This document shows, piece after piece, positions 49,916 to 63,861 of a DNA stretch of 64,000 nucleotides (positions are counted from its first letter, which is position 1; each line of letters begins with the position of its first letter). The position numbers and the translations under genes were made by a program. The stretch is taken from NCBI GenBank assembly GCA_030324005.1, contig JARDVH010000149.1, positions 18,536,955-18,600,954 on the forward strand. The letters are read 5' to 3'. The notes beneath the pieces were generated by a model, which had not been told where the DNA came from, did not search any database, and saw only the letters and a program-made list of their open reading frames with translations. The stretch comes from Negaprion brevirostris. Its lineage: Eukaryota.

Positions 49916-52900
49916 TTTTTGTGCTAGCTCTTTAGATGCAGTTTCGTTGCAATTGTTTTGTTGCCTTACCACGTAAAAATCTGGACGACTAGTAAAACGC
50001 ATATAGAGATTTTGAGGTGAACTGACCACTAATATATAAGCCCATCTGCTATGGTGATAACAATTTGCACTTCCACGAGTATTTACATCTACAATTACAA
50101 TAAAATCAACTATACTTGCCCTCAGTCATATACAGCTCTGTTTGCTTAATGCGCTTTGCGATATGTCAACCTTACTTAAAAATGCAGATGAAAATGAATT
50201 TAAATACCATTTTTCTGAAGAAGGATCTCGTGACTAATTGCTTTCTTTTAAAGATGCAGCAATGTTAATTGTTTTGTAAGGCATTACTGTTTTAAAAGCC
50301 TATAAAAAAAACTTAATTTGCTAACCTTCTCATCATGCTCTTTATCCTTTTTTCCCTCACATTAATGCTTATTTAATGATAAATGTTGTATCAACACTAT
50401 TATTTGAAGTAGATTTAGAAGAAAAGCAATTGGACAGATTAGACATTCTTCCCCATGCACACATACTGCCTCATGGCTGTTGTGCTGCTAAAATGTGTTA
50501 ATTGGAGGCCATTCATTTCCTCAGAGGAAGAACTAATAATCCACACTAGTGCTCAAATCTGAACACACCGCCTTAAATTAGGCCAATTGAAAATTTCAAA
50601 AGAAATTCATAGGTTGTTGTACTGTGAGCATATTAAGAGCTGTGGAACCAAGACATGTAAATAGAGTTAATATGCAGATCAGATCCTTAATTGGTAGAAC
50701 TTGAGGGATGGAATGGCCTATTCCTGCTACCCAACAACTCTTCATGGCACCTTCAATACAGTTGTCTGCCCTCAGCCATAGATTATGTTTCAGTCTTTAT
50801 TTTGTCTCTGCATTTTCTATTTTTCTGTCATTGTTTCTGAGTTTCCATAACTAATTTACTTTTCTGTGCTTTTAAGTACTGCTGTCCACTTTAAATTGAG
50901 TATGAGCTGAATTCCTTTTTTTTTCAGTGTTCTGAATACAAAGCTGGGTTTTCTTTTTGAAGCAAAGAAAGACTTTATCATTTAATTGTGGTGCATCTGA
51001 CCATATTGGACAGATCTGTGAACAGGCTGGTGATTTTTAATTCCAGGCTAGTCCCAAGTCCAAAATCCAGCATCCATGGGACTGAGATTGTGCCAGATAT
51101 TGGACAATAAGATCAGGTAGCCTAGCCTATGTATCCATAAAAATACTTTCATTCGGTTAACTCCTAGCAGTTTTCTGCGCGCACTTTGGAGTACCTCAGT
51201 CTCTGCACTGAGATATGTCTCTTTTATTTGTGGATGAGGAAGAAGGTGCATCCCCCTGACATGTCAGGCAAATTCAATGAAGAGGAGATGCATGAAACTC
51301 AGAGCCTAAGAGCTAGACTGACACACCACCAAGCAGTGAAGCTAATAATTAGTCCAGCCCCTGAGAGCCAGTGCCTAGTTAAACTGTCCCAATATTTGGA
51401 CAATAGGTAGAATTTCATTTAACTGAATATCAATCGGAATATTTTCGAAAATGCCTGATTTTTGGACAGTTGCAGTTTTCAGACAACTGGGTTTAAGACA
51501 TCCAACTTGTATTGCCAGTGGCAATAGCTATTTTACTGTACCACTTACCACACCACTTTCTTGGCGCTTGTTCTTATGGATTTAATGATCAGCCTAAAGT
51601 TTTTTGCTCCTGTGGCAAACGGTTGGGAACAATCAATCATTCAGAGTGCAATTCATGTATGAACTCCTAGGTAGTCTTTGTCACAGTCTGTAATCTACTT
51701 GATTTGAAGAGCTTCCCAATGTGCACCAGAGTATAAAATGTGTGTATCAAGAAGCTGAACTGTGAAATGTATCATGGAGCTACTGCATGATCCATGAAAA
51801 TTTCAGGAAAGTAGGATGCTTAATTTAAACTTCCTCTGTTAATTGCCTAGTTGAAGTTGCTAATATGGCAAATTACAGGCATAAATTGTTATCCTACATC
51901 TCAATAGCACAGCACATTGGTGCACCAACTGACAAGACCACTTGGCCTTGTCAATTATTTTAGTTGTGAATTTGCTTGAATAGATCTTTGCCTCATCCCT
52001 TGTCTTTATTTACCACTTTTTCTAAGTTGCTGTTCATTGTTACTCCGTTCATGTTTAATGAGACAGGAAGTCATTCAGGGAGTATTCTATACAAGTGAGT
52101 CTTTGCATTGGACACACACACAAACCTACCACCGCCAAAAAATCCACATCTGGAAACACCTAGGAATTTTATTTGCCTGATGTGAGGGATTCCAATCACC
52201 CTCCCCTCCCACNNNNNNNNNNNNNNNNNNNNNNNNNNNNNNNNNNNNNNNNNNNNNNNNNNNNNNNNNNNNNNNNNNNNNNNNNNNNNNNNNNNNNNNN
52301 ATAATGTGTTGTAAACAAAAATGGGAAAAATGAATGTGAAGACTTCAAACGAGTGATACAACATTGTGCAGGGAAATGCATTTTCAAGCAGGCTTCAGAC
52401 TATTCTTAAAAATGATAAATGCTGCTAACACTAACAATTTTTAGATCTATACTGGTTGATGCTTTTTGCTGATGAGTCCTGATATTGCTCTAATTTTCAG
52501 ACCTTGCTGTTGTTAGAACATCTTTTAGTAGTACCTTAGAAGTCATGAACTGAAGTGTAGCACTTATATAAATATAACCAAATACAGGGATTTGAGAACA
52601 TTTACAATTGCTGCAGTGGCATTTTTCAAGCTGTGCTGCTGAATGTTGATATTTCTGATTAACAGTTTATAATTTATTTGTTTTATTGATTTATTTCTTT
52701 CCAGGATCGTGGTAATTATTCAGGCAAGGTTCACTTCTCCATTCCTCAATTTCCGAACAATAAAATCCTCATTTTCATGTGGACATTACAAATTCTTCCC
52801 TTTCTTGTAGTTTCTTTCATTTAATCTCTATTCTCTCTCATTGTGTCTGTTACTCCTTCTAGTTGTTCCTGGAATTTCATCACTTCAGTCATCTTAAGAC

Positions 52901-55900
52901 TCCCGAACAATATGTTTTTGCTATGGCAATCTCCTGAACTGGTCTGAGGGTTGTACTATTTCTCAGACAGCTAATAAGTGCATATTTGCCAAACAATTTT
53001 GAAAAGGTTCCTTGAACCAGTCCTGTAGAAACATATCAGAACTAGAAATGCACCAATACTACATCATAACATATTCTGACCCTGGTAGAATACAAGAGAA
53101 AAGCCTCAAGTCCCACATCATTTGGTGCTTTGCCATCTTTATGTAGACTTGAAGTTTAAGGGATTATGTCCAATGTTCTTTTTGTATCCTGAGGCTATTT
53201 GCCACTAAGCTCTGCAATGTTAAAACAATGATTTGCCAAAAACCTCCAAAAGGGGCATAAAATACTTGGCACCAAAAGAATCCGAATCAGCAAGAAAACT
53301 ATACATGGCTTCATTATGTGAACGTAATAAGGAGTCAACAAAAACAATAAGAAGCATCATCAAGTAGTGCTTTTCCCAATTCATCACTGACTCTCTCCAT
53401 ATGATGATTTTCTTGAAACTGAAGTTAGAATCAGTCAAATGTTAGAATGTGACTTAATAAACAATGGTTTGGGAAGCATGTCAAGTGGAAAATTTGACCA
53501 ATAGCTCCTGACCATGAAGGAAAATGTAAGTAGAGTTAGGTGATCACTGCAGAGTGAGAATGTAATCACAGCTGTGCTAGAGTGTGTGAGAATCCATAGA
53601 CATCGAGTCTAATGTTTCTACTAGTACATCAAATGGAGTATTGCTGGTTTGTGTATAAATATAATGATCAAAATAAGAAAGGACCTTGCCATTTTCAATG
53701 TTGCTGCAATTCCCCTCTTATGCCCTAACCACACATTTCCACCATTCATTACCAAGCTTATTCTACTCAGTGTGGCTAAAGAATGCTGCACATAGCTGTT
53801 TACCTTCCCCATTTTATTTTGGCATCAAGAGCACTCAAAGACATTTAAAATAAATTATTCTTTGAGCAACTAGACAATGTTCTATACAGTGAGATGGTGC
53901 CATGGCACACTCTGGGTAGAACCATTAGCCACACAGACTTGATTTCTTTTTAGAAATGTTTATAATACCATTGAGATGTTTCCTTAGTTGAGTACTTGAA
54001 ATACTCTGAAACTGAGAACTTCATTCTGCAGAAATTTACTTTGGTCCATTTGTCCCCCTCTTGTTCACCTGATTTAAACATTATCTGTATACTAACGTTC
54101 CTGCCTTTTCATGTTGCTTTTTCATTATAAACAGGCTAATGTCTACCTGGTATGGGCTGTTATACCAGAACAGCAGAATTTTAAAAGCTCTTTGTCAAGA
54201 CAGGACCATGGATTCTGAGCAGTCTCCAGAATGATGTAACAGTGTTCACCATCTGTAGAGTTGGTGGTTTAAAGCTTGCTTCTGATGACACTTATAATGG
54301 CACATTGCTTCACCTTGAGACTTCCATTACAGGCTTGATGTTCCAAATCAGTTGTATAGTATGTTTTGACACAGGGCAAAGGCATTTATCAGCCTAACCT
54401 ACTCTTTCACACCAAACATCAGTGTTCGTGCTCTGATTCTGCAATAAACGGTCCTGTATCCCTTTGCCTGATAGAAAGTTAACAAGCCTTTCTTTAAAAA
54501 ATAATCTGTTTCACTTATTCACCCCTCCCTCCCAAACTGATCTATTCTGCTATTCTATTACCCTCTTAACCAAAATTCCTATTTCCTTCATTTTAAATTG
54601 TCCCCCTTACATCCCATGCTTGACAAAAGAAGTTTTGTGCATCTCCATTCCAGCATAGATTTTAGCCTCTAACTGATCACCCTTCATTCTTTTTCCAAGA
54701 ATGAGTTAAGTCCCAGGATACACAAATCTGCATGATCCCTCTCCACCCCCACCCCCCACCCCCCAAAGTTCAAGGATCAAACCATTAGCCCTCCTCTAGA
54801 TTCTATCCAATAATCCTACACCTTTCTTATGGAAAGCAAAATTGGAAAATATATACCAGCCCCCATGATATACCTTCAACATAATCTCCTCAAACTTGTA
54901 GGTGGGACAAGTAGTTTAACATCTCAACAGCTTATTTCCCTTCTTCACCACCTGAAAACCATTTTATGGTTTCATTTTGCAGTTCTCACCACCTTATTCC
55001 CTCGTTGGTTTTCCAGTACTTAACATGCTCTTGGTTTTTCCCCACTGTCTTCCAATTTCATACTCTCCTGCTTAGTTATCAATTTATTTTGGGATATAAT
55101 GGTCCCTGATGCATTCAGAATATCATCTCAAAACAATCCTATTTTCCTCCCACATCTTTCCCTTTAAAGAGTTCTTCCCATTGGCTCTCCACCTTTTGTC
55201 CATAGCCAGGGATTGAGCAAGGTGGTGGGTTGTATCAGGTAGCTTTGTGCTCGCCTTAACAATTTCTCTAACTTGACCTGTTTGCATTGGTTTTGTCCCT
55301 GAATCTGGCTACATGACCAGGTTTCCTCTACAATCCACGTGCTTGTTAATAATTTCTTTGACCGGATCTTTGAGGTGATTTAAAGCACTTGTTCAGAAAC
55401 CTGGTGAAGATGAGAGGCAAAAGAGACCATGAGATTACAGCTAACTAGAGGAAGAAACGAAGGAAAGTACGAGTACCGGAATCTCTCTCTCCCACGGAAA
55501 AAGAGTTGAAGGAATCCGTGAAGAAAGGCATCAAATGATAAGTAATTTAGTAAATTCCTGTTTCACAATATTCACAAATCAGAAACTCTCAGTGAAATGT
55601 AACCAAGGATTTTTGACTGCAGAAATTGCAACAGACCCATCACCCATTGTTAAACCTACTTGTGAAACGGAAAGTGTCACCATGGTGACAAAAGAGTGCA
55701 TTTTGTTTACAGGCAAGTTTTAAACCGCTCGATATGATTGTTGATATTTCTGATTGACACGACAGGTTACCAGTTGAGAATAAAGAAATGGTATTGTTCC
55801 CAAATTTCATCCACAGAATATATCTTTGAAAGTACCATTTTAAAAATGTACAGGGGTACTAGAATCATTTTCAATCGGTCCGTGTAACACTATTCTGTTT

Positions 55901-56978
55901 TGACAGATTTGTGACAATGTGCTCTGTTTGTAACCGATCAAAACTTAAAAATCTAAAGATTGACATAGCAGTCCCAAAGGCTGAAATACATACAAGTATG
56001 ATAACTGCGTTTATGATCCAGGAATAATGGAATATATTATAAAATATGATTAGTCCTGTATTACTAATGTTTGAATCCTGCAACAGGTTCTCCTGTGAAT
56101 AACTTTGCTTCAGAGTGAATAGACTAGGCAAGGAAGATTACTTGGCAAGCTAAATTGCTAATGAATGTGATTAATAGAACAATTAGCATTGGGACTGGAT
56201 GTAATTCTTTTGACATTTTCAGATGTTATTCGCAAAACAAAAATGAACTTTTCCAAAGAACTTAAGCTTGCAGTTTTTTTTAAACTTGCAAATAATTTGA
56301 ACTTGCAGATTTGTGCAGGAAAGCCATATCCCACCTGCCTGCAGTCCATCCCATGTGGTCATTACTGATGTTAGAGGCTGAGTGATGGTAGTGTTTGGCT
56401 ACAGGAGCACACAGTTAAAGTTGTCCTTACATGAATACTAGATATGTGCAGTTCCATCAGGGAGATCATTTGATAGCTGTTNNNNNNNNNNNNNNNNNNN
56501 NNNNNNNNNNNNNNNNNNNNNNNNNNNNNNNNNNNNNNNNNNNNNNNNNNNNNNNNNNNNNNNNNNNNNNNNNNNNNNNNNNNNNNNNNNNNNNNNNNNN
56601 NNNNNNNNNNNNNNNNNNNNNNNNNNNNNNNNNNNNNNNNNNNNNNNNNNNNNNNNNNNNNNNNNNNNNNNNNNNNNNNNNNNNNNNNNNNNNNNNNNNN
56701 NNNNNNNNNNNNNNNNNNNNNNNNNNNNNNNNNNNNNNNNNNNNNNNNNNNNNNNNNNNNNNNNNNNNNNNNNNNNNNNNNNNNNNNNNNNNNNNNNNNN
56801 NNNNNNNNNNNNNNNNNNNNNNNNNNNNNNNNNNNNNNNNNNNNNNNNNNNNNNNNNNNNNNNNNNNNNNNNNNNNNNNNNNNNNNNNNNNNNNNNNNCT
56901 ATTTCTTATGTTCTTATGTTCTTATTTTTCTTTCCAGCTCAGCTGTTTTCATTCTGTGAATGGAACGTTGAACTGACT

Positions 56979-57295
56979 TAGAATCATAGGATCCTATAGT
57001 GCAGAAGGAGGCCATTTTGCCCATCAAGTCTGCACTGAACACAACCCCGTAATCCCAAGTATTTACCCTAGCTAGTCCCCCTGATAGTAAGGGGCAATTT
57101 AACATGACCAATCCACCTAACCTGCACATCTTTGGACTGTGGGAGGAAAATGAACTATCCGGAGGAAAGCCACGCAGACTCAAGGAGAATGTGCAAATTC
57201 CACATAGACATCCAAACCGGGAATTGTACACGGGTCCCTAGTGCTGTGGGGCATAGTACTAACCACTGTGCTACCCCCGTGCTAACCACTGTGCC
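56979..57295 (-). mobile_element. HE1-type V-SINE with duplicated 5' end motif
   Basis: tagaatcataggatcctatagtgcagaaggaggcc tail, V-domain, and ctaaccactgtgc present twice at the head. Confidence 0.9.
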
Positions 57296-57744
57296 TGCTC
57301 CTGTAAAGATGTGAATCCATGTTTCCTACAGAGTTTGATGAATGTTGCTGTTTTTCAGTGGTTAGAGCTATGATCTGTTTTATAATTCTGGTGGAAGCAG
57401 CCTCCTGTACAATTGTTGACTGGAATATTTATCAGTGAGATCAGAAAAGGGGAAATGAGAGCCTGTATTTATTTACTTTTGGATTTGCGTTCCAAGCAAT
57501 GCAACAACATCTGGAATTCTGTGCTGAGCCAGTTTCCCATGAGGATGGGGTCAGTATCACAGCAGCTTATGAGCAACTACACGTGATCTGAAAATAAAGT
57601 AGTGGCATTCTTTGTTTGCATCCTGTCTTACCAGTGAAGATTTGCCTCTTCTTTTAGAATAGAGACTCTGTGTTGAATCCTATAATTAAAAATTGTTAAT
57701 GCCCGTTTACATTTTGTGCGTAGTTAAATGGATACCTCAAAAAC

Positions 57745-59118
57745 ACAATAGAATTCCCATATACAAGCTAAGAGATATGTACCTAATTTTTAAATTATCA
57801 GAGATGTCGGAGCACTGGAGAATTGTATATCTTCGTAAGGATAGCCCCAGCTGACCTGTCAGTTTAACATCAGTGATGGACAACCTTCTAGAAACAAATT
57901 GTTCAGGTAGAATTATTTGCAATGTAGAAAAATGTAAGTTGATTAGGAAGCGCCAGCATGGATTTCTAATGGGGAAATCATGTTTACCTAACTTGCTGGA
58001 GTGCCACACAACAGACAAGTGCGCAAAGTTATAGCTCATTGCATAAAAGGGACAAAATTGGCTGAATAACGGGAAGCAGACAGTAATGTTCAATGGATAT
58101 TTTTCAGATGGAGGAAGGTTTGTGGTGGTGTTCCCCAGGGGTTGGCATTGGGACTCTTGCTTTTCCTGATAGATAATAATGATCTAATTCTTGGTTTGCA
58201 GGAGACAAATTTCAATGGTTGTAGATGACACAAAACTTAAAAGTATTATAAATATTGAAGAGGGCAATGTAGAACTTCAAAAGGACATTAACAAGTCGGT
58301 GGAGTGGGCAGATAGATGGCAGATGAAGTTCAATGAGAAGGGTGTGATGTATTTTGGTAGGAAGAATATGAAAATACAATGTAAAATAAGGAGCAAAATT
58401 CTTAAAATGGTGCAGGAGCAGAGGAACCTGGAGGTATATGTCTATAGATCATTGAAGGTGGCAGGACAAGTGGGCAGAGCAGTTAATAAAACACACAGTA
58501 TTGTGGGCTTTAGTAATATGGGCAAAGATTACAAGAGCAAGGAGGTTATACTTATAACAAGGCATTCATTAGACCTCAGCTGGAATATTGTGTACAGTTC
58601 TGGGCATCACACTATAGGAAGGATGTAAACACACTGGACAAAGTGCAGAAATGGTTTACAAGAATGATTCCAGGGATGACAAACTTCAATTATGAGGATA
58701 GATTGGAGAGGTTGGAACTGTTCTCCTTGGAGGAAAGAAGGTTGAGAGGAGATTGATTGAAATGCTCAAAATCATGAGAGGGCAGAACAGAGTAGATAGA
58801 GAGAAATTGTTCCCACTTATAAAAGGATCAAAAATGAGAGGGCACAGATTATAAGTGATTTGCAAAAGAAGCAAATATGTGATGTGAGAAAAACTTTTCA
58901 CAGTGAGTCGTTCAGTTCTGGAATGCACTACCTGGAAGTGTGGTGGAGGCAGGTTCAATCGAGGCATTCAAGAGGGCATTAGGTAATTATTTGAATAGGA
59001 AATAGAATGGGCAAGGGTACAGGGAAAAGGCAGGGGAATGGCATTAAGTCATGCGCATTTGGTGAGCCAGTATAGACATGATGGACCAAATGGTCTCCTA
59101 CACCATAACAATTCTGAG
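57745..59118 (+). mobile_element. 5'-truncated degenerate CR1 LINE (RT domain to 3' UTR)
   Basis: QHGF..GKSCL.NLLE, GVPQG..LG, ISMVVDDTKL (=FADDTKL), LQKDINKSVEWADRWQMKFN, and 3' tail ggaccaaatggtctcctacaccataacaattctg. Confidence 0.92.
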
Positions 59119-59692
59119 AGTTAAAAGCCACAGTGCAATCATGGGCCCAGATACTGTTCACTAAAGGCTTATTACCATTTTGTGCCTTTCTTGTATGATA
59201 GTGGCTTAAACATGTTATCCCGTGGCAGATTTGTGGAATGATGCTGGAGAGGGAGCTAGGGAGTCGTGAGCATTGAGAGGCTATGATTGGCTGTGGGTTT
59301 TAACCCAGGGAGAAGGGAGTTAAGAGACATTGAATACCTGCGAGCTCTTATCTAGAAAAGCAGAACTCAATATTCTCAGGACAGTAAAGGTGAGCATTGG
59401 CTAGAGACACCATTCTAAACTTCATTTTCATCACCACAGTCTTTGCAAGATATTCTCTCAAGCTGACACTCATTTCAGTGACATTTGAATTTCATTTTTC
59501 TAATATATTTGTAATGCAGGAGAACATGTTGAGAAACCACTTTAAATCCGACCACTGTCAATACACCAGTCTCTCCCATTCTCGGTTCCTTCAGTTTGTT
59601 AAATTTTCCACAAGATCCTTCCTAATTGCAAATGTGACACAGTGAGATATACCAAAGGTACTGATTTGTGCCATGAGCCCTAACTTTACATT

Positions 59693-59961
59693 TAGAATCA
59701 TAGAATCCCTACAGTGTAGAATGAGGCCATTTGGCCCATTGAGCCTGCATTGACAATAATCCCACCCAGGCTCTACCCCNNNNNNNNNNGCATGACCAAT
59801 CAACCTAACCCACACATTTTTGGACTGTGGGAGGAAACCGGAGCACCCGAAGGAAACCCACACAGATGGGGGGAGAATGTGCAAACTCTACACAGGCAGT
59901 CACCCGAGGCTGGAATTGAACCCGAGGCAGCAATGCTAACTACTGTGGCACCATGCTGCCC
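59693..59961 (-). mobile_element. HE1-type V-SINE
   Basis: tagaatcatagaatccctacagtgtagaatgaggccatttggccc..ggaggaaaccggagcacccgaaggaaacccac..ccatgctgccc. Confidence 0.9.
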
Positions 59962-61544
59962 ATGGCAAATATATGATTTACATTGAGTATATAAACATAG
60001 AACATTTGCACATTATTGGATATACTTGTTCCATAGAAACATTCTATTTTCACGTATAACTGTGTAAGCTATATGTATAATAAATAGAAATTTGATATCT
60101 TGTTTGAATGGTTCAATGCTGCGACAAGGCCGGTGTTGAATTCCCACCTTATTTAATGGTGTTTACACCATTAAGTCATATGGGGAATGAAGAGTCACTG
60201 GCTGTCCAAGCTAACGCAACTACTACTGGTGACCCCCTATTCAGGAGACGGTCATGTGGCTACTAGAGATGTACCTCGGGAACCCAACTTATGACAAGAT
60301 GCCACAAAGCTCGACAATTATCTTAACCTCCCCCATCCCTGCACCACCCCTGCCATATATTTCCCAACAAAAAATGGTGACTTTGTTTTGCAGCCCCTTT
60401 TATAAAGGGGTCCATAAAACATCCTTTCCAGGGATCAGCCCAGCTGGAATGTAGCTGGAGCCTCTGTCAGTTTATTCTTTCAGCTAGAGAAGAGAAAGAA
60501 AGCATGTCTTTTTTTAAAAAATGAACACCGCTACATCTTAATAAAAAAGTTCCAGTCTTAAAGTTTACCCAATAAATCGTTTTATTGCCTAACAACTTAC
60601 AGCTCTCAATAAATAAATTCAATTTTCTAGCCAGTTTTGTGAAATTTCTCCCAACAATTTAATTAGAAAAGACAATGAGAAGAGTTAACGAGATGACTAA
60701 TTAGTAGAGTTGGAACTTTGCCAGTCTGGATTTTACATTTCCTCAGCATTTCCAGAGCCAGTCTCTGCAGAAACTTCAAATGTCTAAAGACCAATTAGTT
60801 TGTATTGTGACACCTGTATTAGCAGTCACAGTCCTTGTGCCAACCTCCTCCCTGCTGGTATATACAGGGCAGGCAGGGCCAGTGGCAATTCGTTTATTTA
60901 AGTTATTGTACGGTATTTATCACTGTCTATACTTTTCTATTTAAGAATGAAACGTTTCTACATAAACTGTAATTGTCCCCCCTACATCATGTTCATGAGC
61001 CTTGCTTCCCTTAGATTGGCAGGAACCAGTTTTGCAGCAAGCTTTATAAATTTTCTGACAGAATTGAAATTGTGTGTGNNNNNNNNNNNNNNNNNNNNNN
61101 NNNNNNNNNNNNNNNNNNNNNNNNNNNNNNNNNNNNNNNNNNNNNNNNNNNNNNNNNNNNNNNNNNNNNNNNNNNNNNNNNNNNNNNNNNNNNNNNNNNN
61201 NNNNNNNNNNNNNNNNNNNNNNNNNNNNNNNNNNNNNNNNNNNNNNNNNNNNNNNNNNNNNNNNNNNNNNNNNNNNNNNNNNNNNNNNNNNNNNNNNNNN
61301 NNNNNNNNNNNNNNNNNNNNNNNNNNNNNNNNNNNNNNNAAGCTTCCCTATTTGTGAGAATGGGATTTGGTGATTTGTTAGTTATGGAGCAACAGAATCA
61401 TTCTGTCGTTTTCAATAAAGCGTTATTTTAGTGCTGACAGTTTACTCACTATAAACCATTCCTGACACACAGATCAGGAATCTCCCAGTCTGCATTCTTA
61501 ATTACGGAGTCTAGGAGATGAATATTAAATCTGAGGAAAGAACT

Positions 61545-61865
61545 CGCACTTTAATATAGGAACCTTCATAACATCCAAGCATCCAGAGATGCTTTGCAGC
61601 TAATGAAACACTTTTGAAGTGTGGTCACTGTTGTTAAAAAAAATGCTGGAGTCAGTCTGTGCATGGCAAGGTTCCAGAAACAGCAATGAGATAAAGGGAC
61701 AAAGGTTGTGTATTAGCCAGAGAGACACAGCTCCCTGCCCCCTCTCAATGCTGCTGCTACATCTGTATTGCTCACATACGGTAGTGACTACATTTCAAAC
61801 TGCCCATCATTGGTTTTGAAACAAGTTGAGATGTACAAAGGATATATATAAATGCATGTTCTTTC
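61545..61865. mobile_element. Two Deu/L2-tail SINE fragments in opposite orientation
   Basis: Minus: gctttgcagctaatgaaacacttttgaagtgtggtcactgttg. Plus: agtgactacatttcaaac..ggatatatataaatgcatgttctttc. Confidence 0.5.
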
Positions 61866-62130
61866 TTAGTGTATTCCTTCCATGCTGATATCATTATTGA
61901 TGATTAGCACTCATCACAAGGAAGGTCATTTTGAGAATCAGAAAAGCAGAACCTGGTCATTTTCATCTTTTCTTCCTCCTTCCAGAAGGACAGAAGAGCT
62001 TCTCAGTGGGTCCCTCTGACCTGAATAAGGCATATTCACAATGGATGAATATACAAATTGATGCAGATTGCAGAAGGCTCATTAAGTCATGTTTTGGCAA
62101 TATATGGATCTCAAAATGACCTTTTGAAGT

Positions 62131-62627
62131 TTAAACTTTATTCATTACTGTCACATTTAGGCTTACATGAGCTCTACAATGATGTTACCTTCTCCCCTTG
62201 TCTACGTGGGTTTCCTCCGGGTGCTCCGCTTTCCTTCCACGGCCCAAAGATGTGCGGGTTCGGTGGATTGGCCGTGCTAAATTACCACTTCGTGTCAGGA
62301 GGACTAGCTAGGGTAAATGCATGGCATTGTGGGGATGGGGCCTGAGTAGGATTGTGGTATGTGCAGACTCAATGGGCTGATTGGCCTCCTTCTGCATTGT
62401 AGAATTCTATGATTCTATGAAAATCCCTTAGTAGCCACACTCCAGCATCTGTTCAGGTGCACTGAGGGACAATTTAGCATGTCCAATGTACCTAACCTGC
62501 ACATCTTTCAAACTATGGGAGGAAACCGGAGCACCTGGAGGAAACCATTGCGGACAAAGGGAGAAAGTGCAACCTGCACGCAGACAGTGACCAAGCCAAG
62601 AATTGAACCTGAGTCCCTGGCACTGTG
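62131..62627 (-). mobile_element. Alternative-tail V-SINE split by an inserted HE1 copy
   Basis: 62131-62187 is the reverse complement of the distal tail seen at 15325-15385; 62418-62627 continues tgaaaatccc..V-domain..head. Confidence 0.8.
62189..62420 (+). mobile_element. 5'-truncated HE1-type SINE nested in the above element
   Basis: V-domain gtgggtttcctccgggtgctccg and tail ggcctccttctgcattgtagaattctatgattctatga. Confidence 0.88.
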
Positions 62628-63552
62628 CTGCTGTGCATGTGACATCTCAGGATTCAGGACAATAAAGGTCAATAAGAGAAATATAAAATAAAACGACCAG
62701 CTAATTCAAAACGTGAATTCCAGTGACAGTTAGCTAGATCTGTGGATGATGGTGTTAATCTCGAATCTGTACACCCACTTTCAAAACAGAAACTGGATCT
62801 CTTGTGATAACGAGGTGACAGCAGGCAGTTTATCGAAACCCTCCAAACCCTTTCACGCCACAGTATTGGCTGTTTGCTTCCATTACCAGCAAGAGTCACT
62901 TTTGAAAAGATCATTTTATTTCCAGAGCAGAACGACAGTGTTTCTACCAGAGGGGCTGTTTGAGAAATACATTCCTCACTCTGCAGACATCAGCCTGTCC
63001 TTGAGACAGACAAATGGATGCTTACTTCCATCCCTTTCACTGGGTCTTACCCAAACTCTAATTTGTTTTGGACACCAGCACTCACTCTGTAGGACAGATA
63101 CTTTTCTGGGAAATAGCTGGATGCTCCTTTGCAGCAGTAATGAGTTGTGCAGCTGTGATTTAATGTTGCACATAGCACAGGAAGGCATTGAAAACAGTTG
63201 TGGGAGCACCTTCATCATTAACATGAACTAAAATTATTTGTAATCTGATTTTGCCTTTGATCAATTATATTTTTGATTTCTTTCTTGATTGATACACTTC
63301 CTCTATGTTTCTGCCATTCACCACCACTGGATGATTTTGCCTGGGGTGGTCTCCCGTAATGTCTCCCTCTCTCAGGGAATCAGCCACCCACATCAAAACA
63401 GGTAAGACTGGCTGTCTTACCATCATTGTACCTCCATCCATCAACAATCCACAACCTTATTCTCTTAACACTTCTCTCTGTGCAACAAGACCACCCTCTG
63501 GAGCTCCAGTCCAAACAGTTGTTCCTGTAATGTTAGGGTTCGTAAATGTAAG

Positions 63553-63840
63553 ATCATAGAACCCCTATAGTCCAGAAGGCCCATCAAATCTGTACTGACC
63601 ATAATCCCACTCAGGCCTTATTCCCACAACCCCATGCATTTACCCTGCTAATCCCCTGACAATAGGGTCAATTTAGCATGCCCAATCTATCTAACCTGCA
63701 CACCATTGTACTGTGGGGGGAAACCCACACAGACACTGGGAGAATGTACAAATTCCCCACAGTCACCTGAGGCAGGAATTGAACCTGTGTCCCTGGCACT
63801 GAGAGGCCGCAGTGCTAACCACTGTGCCACTGTGCTGCCC
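63553..63840 (-). mobile_element. HE1-type V-SINE
   Basis: atcatagaacccctatagtccagaaggcccatc..gaacctgtgtccctggcactgagaggccgcagtgctaaccactgtgccactgtgctgccc. Confidence 0.9.
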
Positions 63841-63861
63841 ATCACTGATAGACCCAATATG

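Noticed and set aside
56431-56976. Long ORFs containing X runs (also 9.3, 28.1, 42.5 and 61 kb)
   Set aside because: Open only because of N gaps.
60153-60174. 10-bp inverted repeat as a terminator or functional hairpin
   Set aside because: 2-nt spacer, AT-rich and isolated; bacterial-style terminators are irrelevant here.
62746-63231. 161-aa ORF as a gene
   Set aside because: No recognisable homology or motifs and no supporting exon chain; likely chance.
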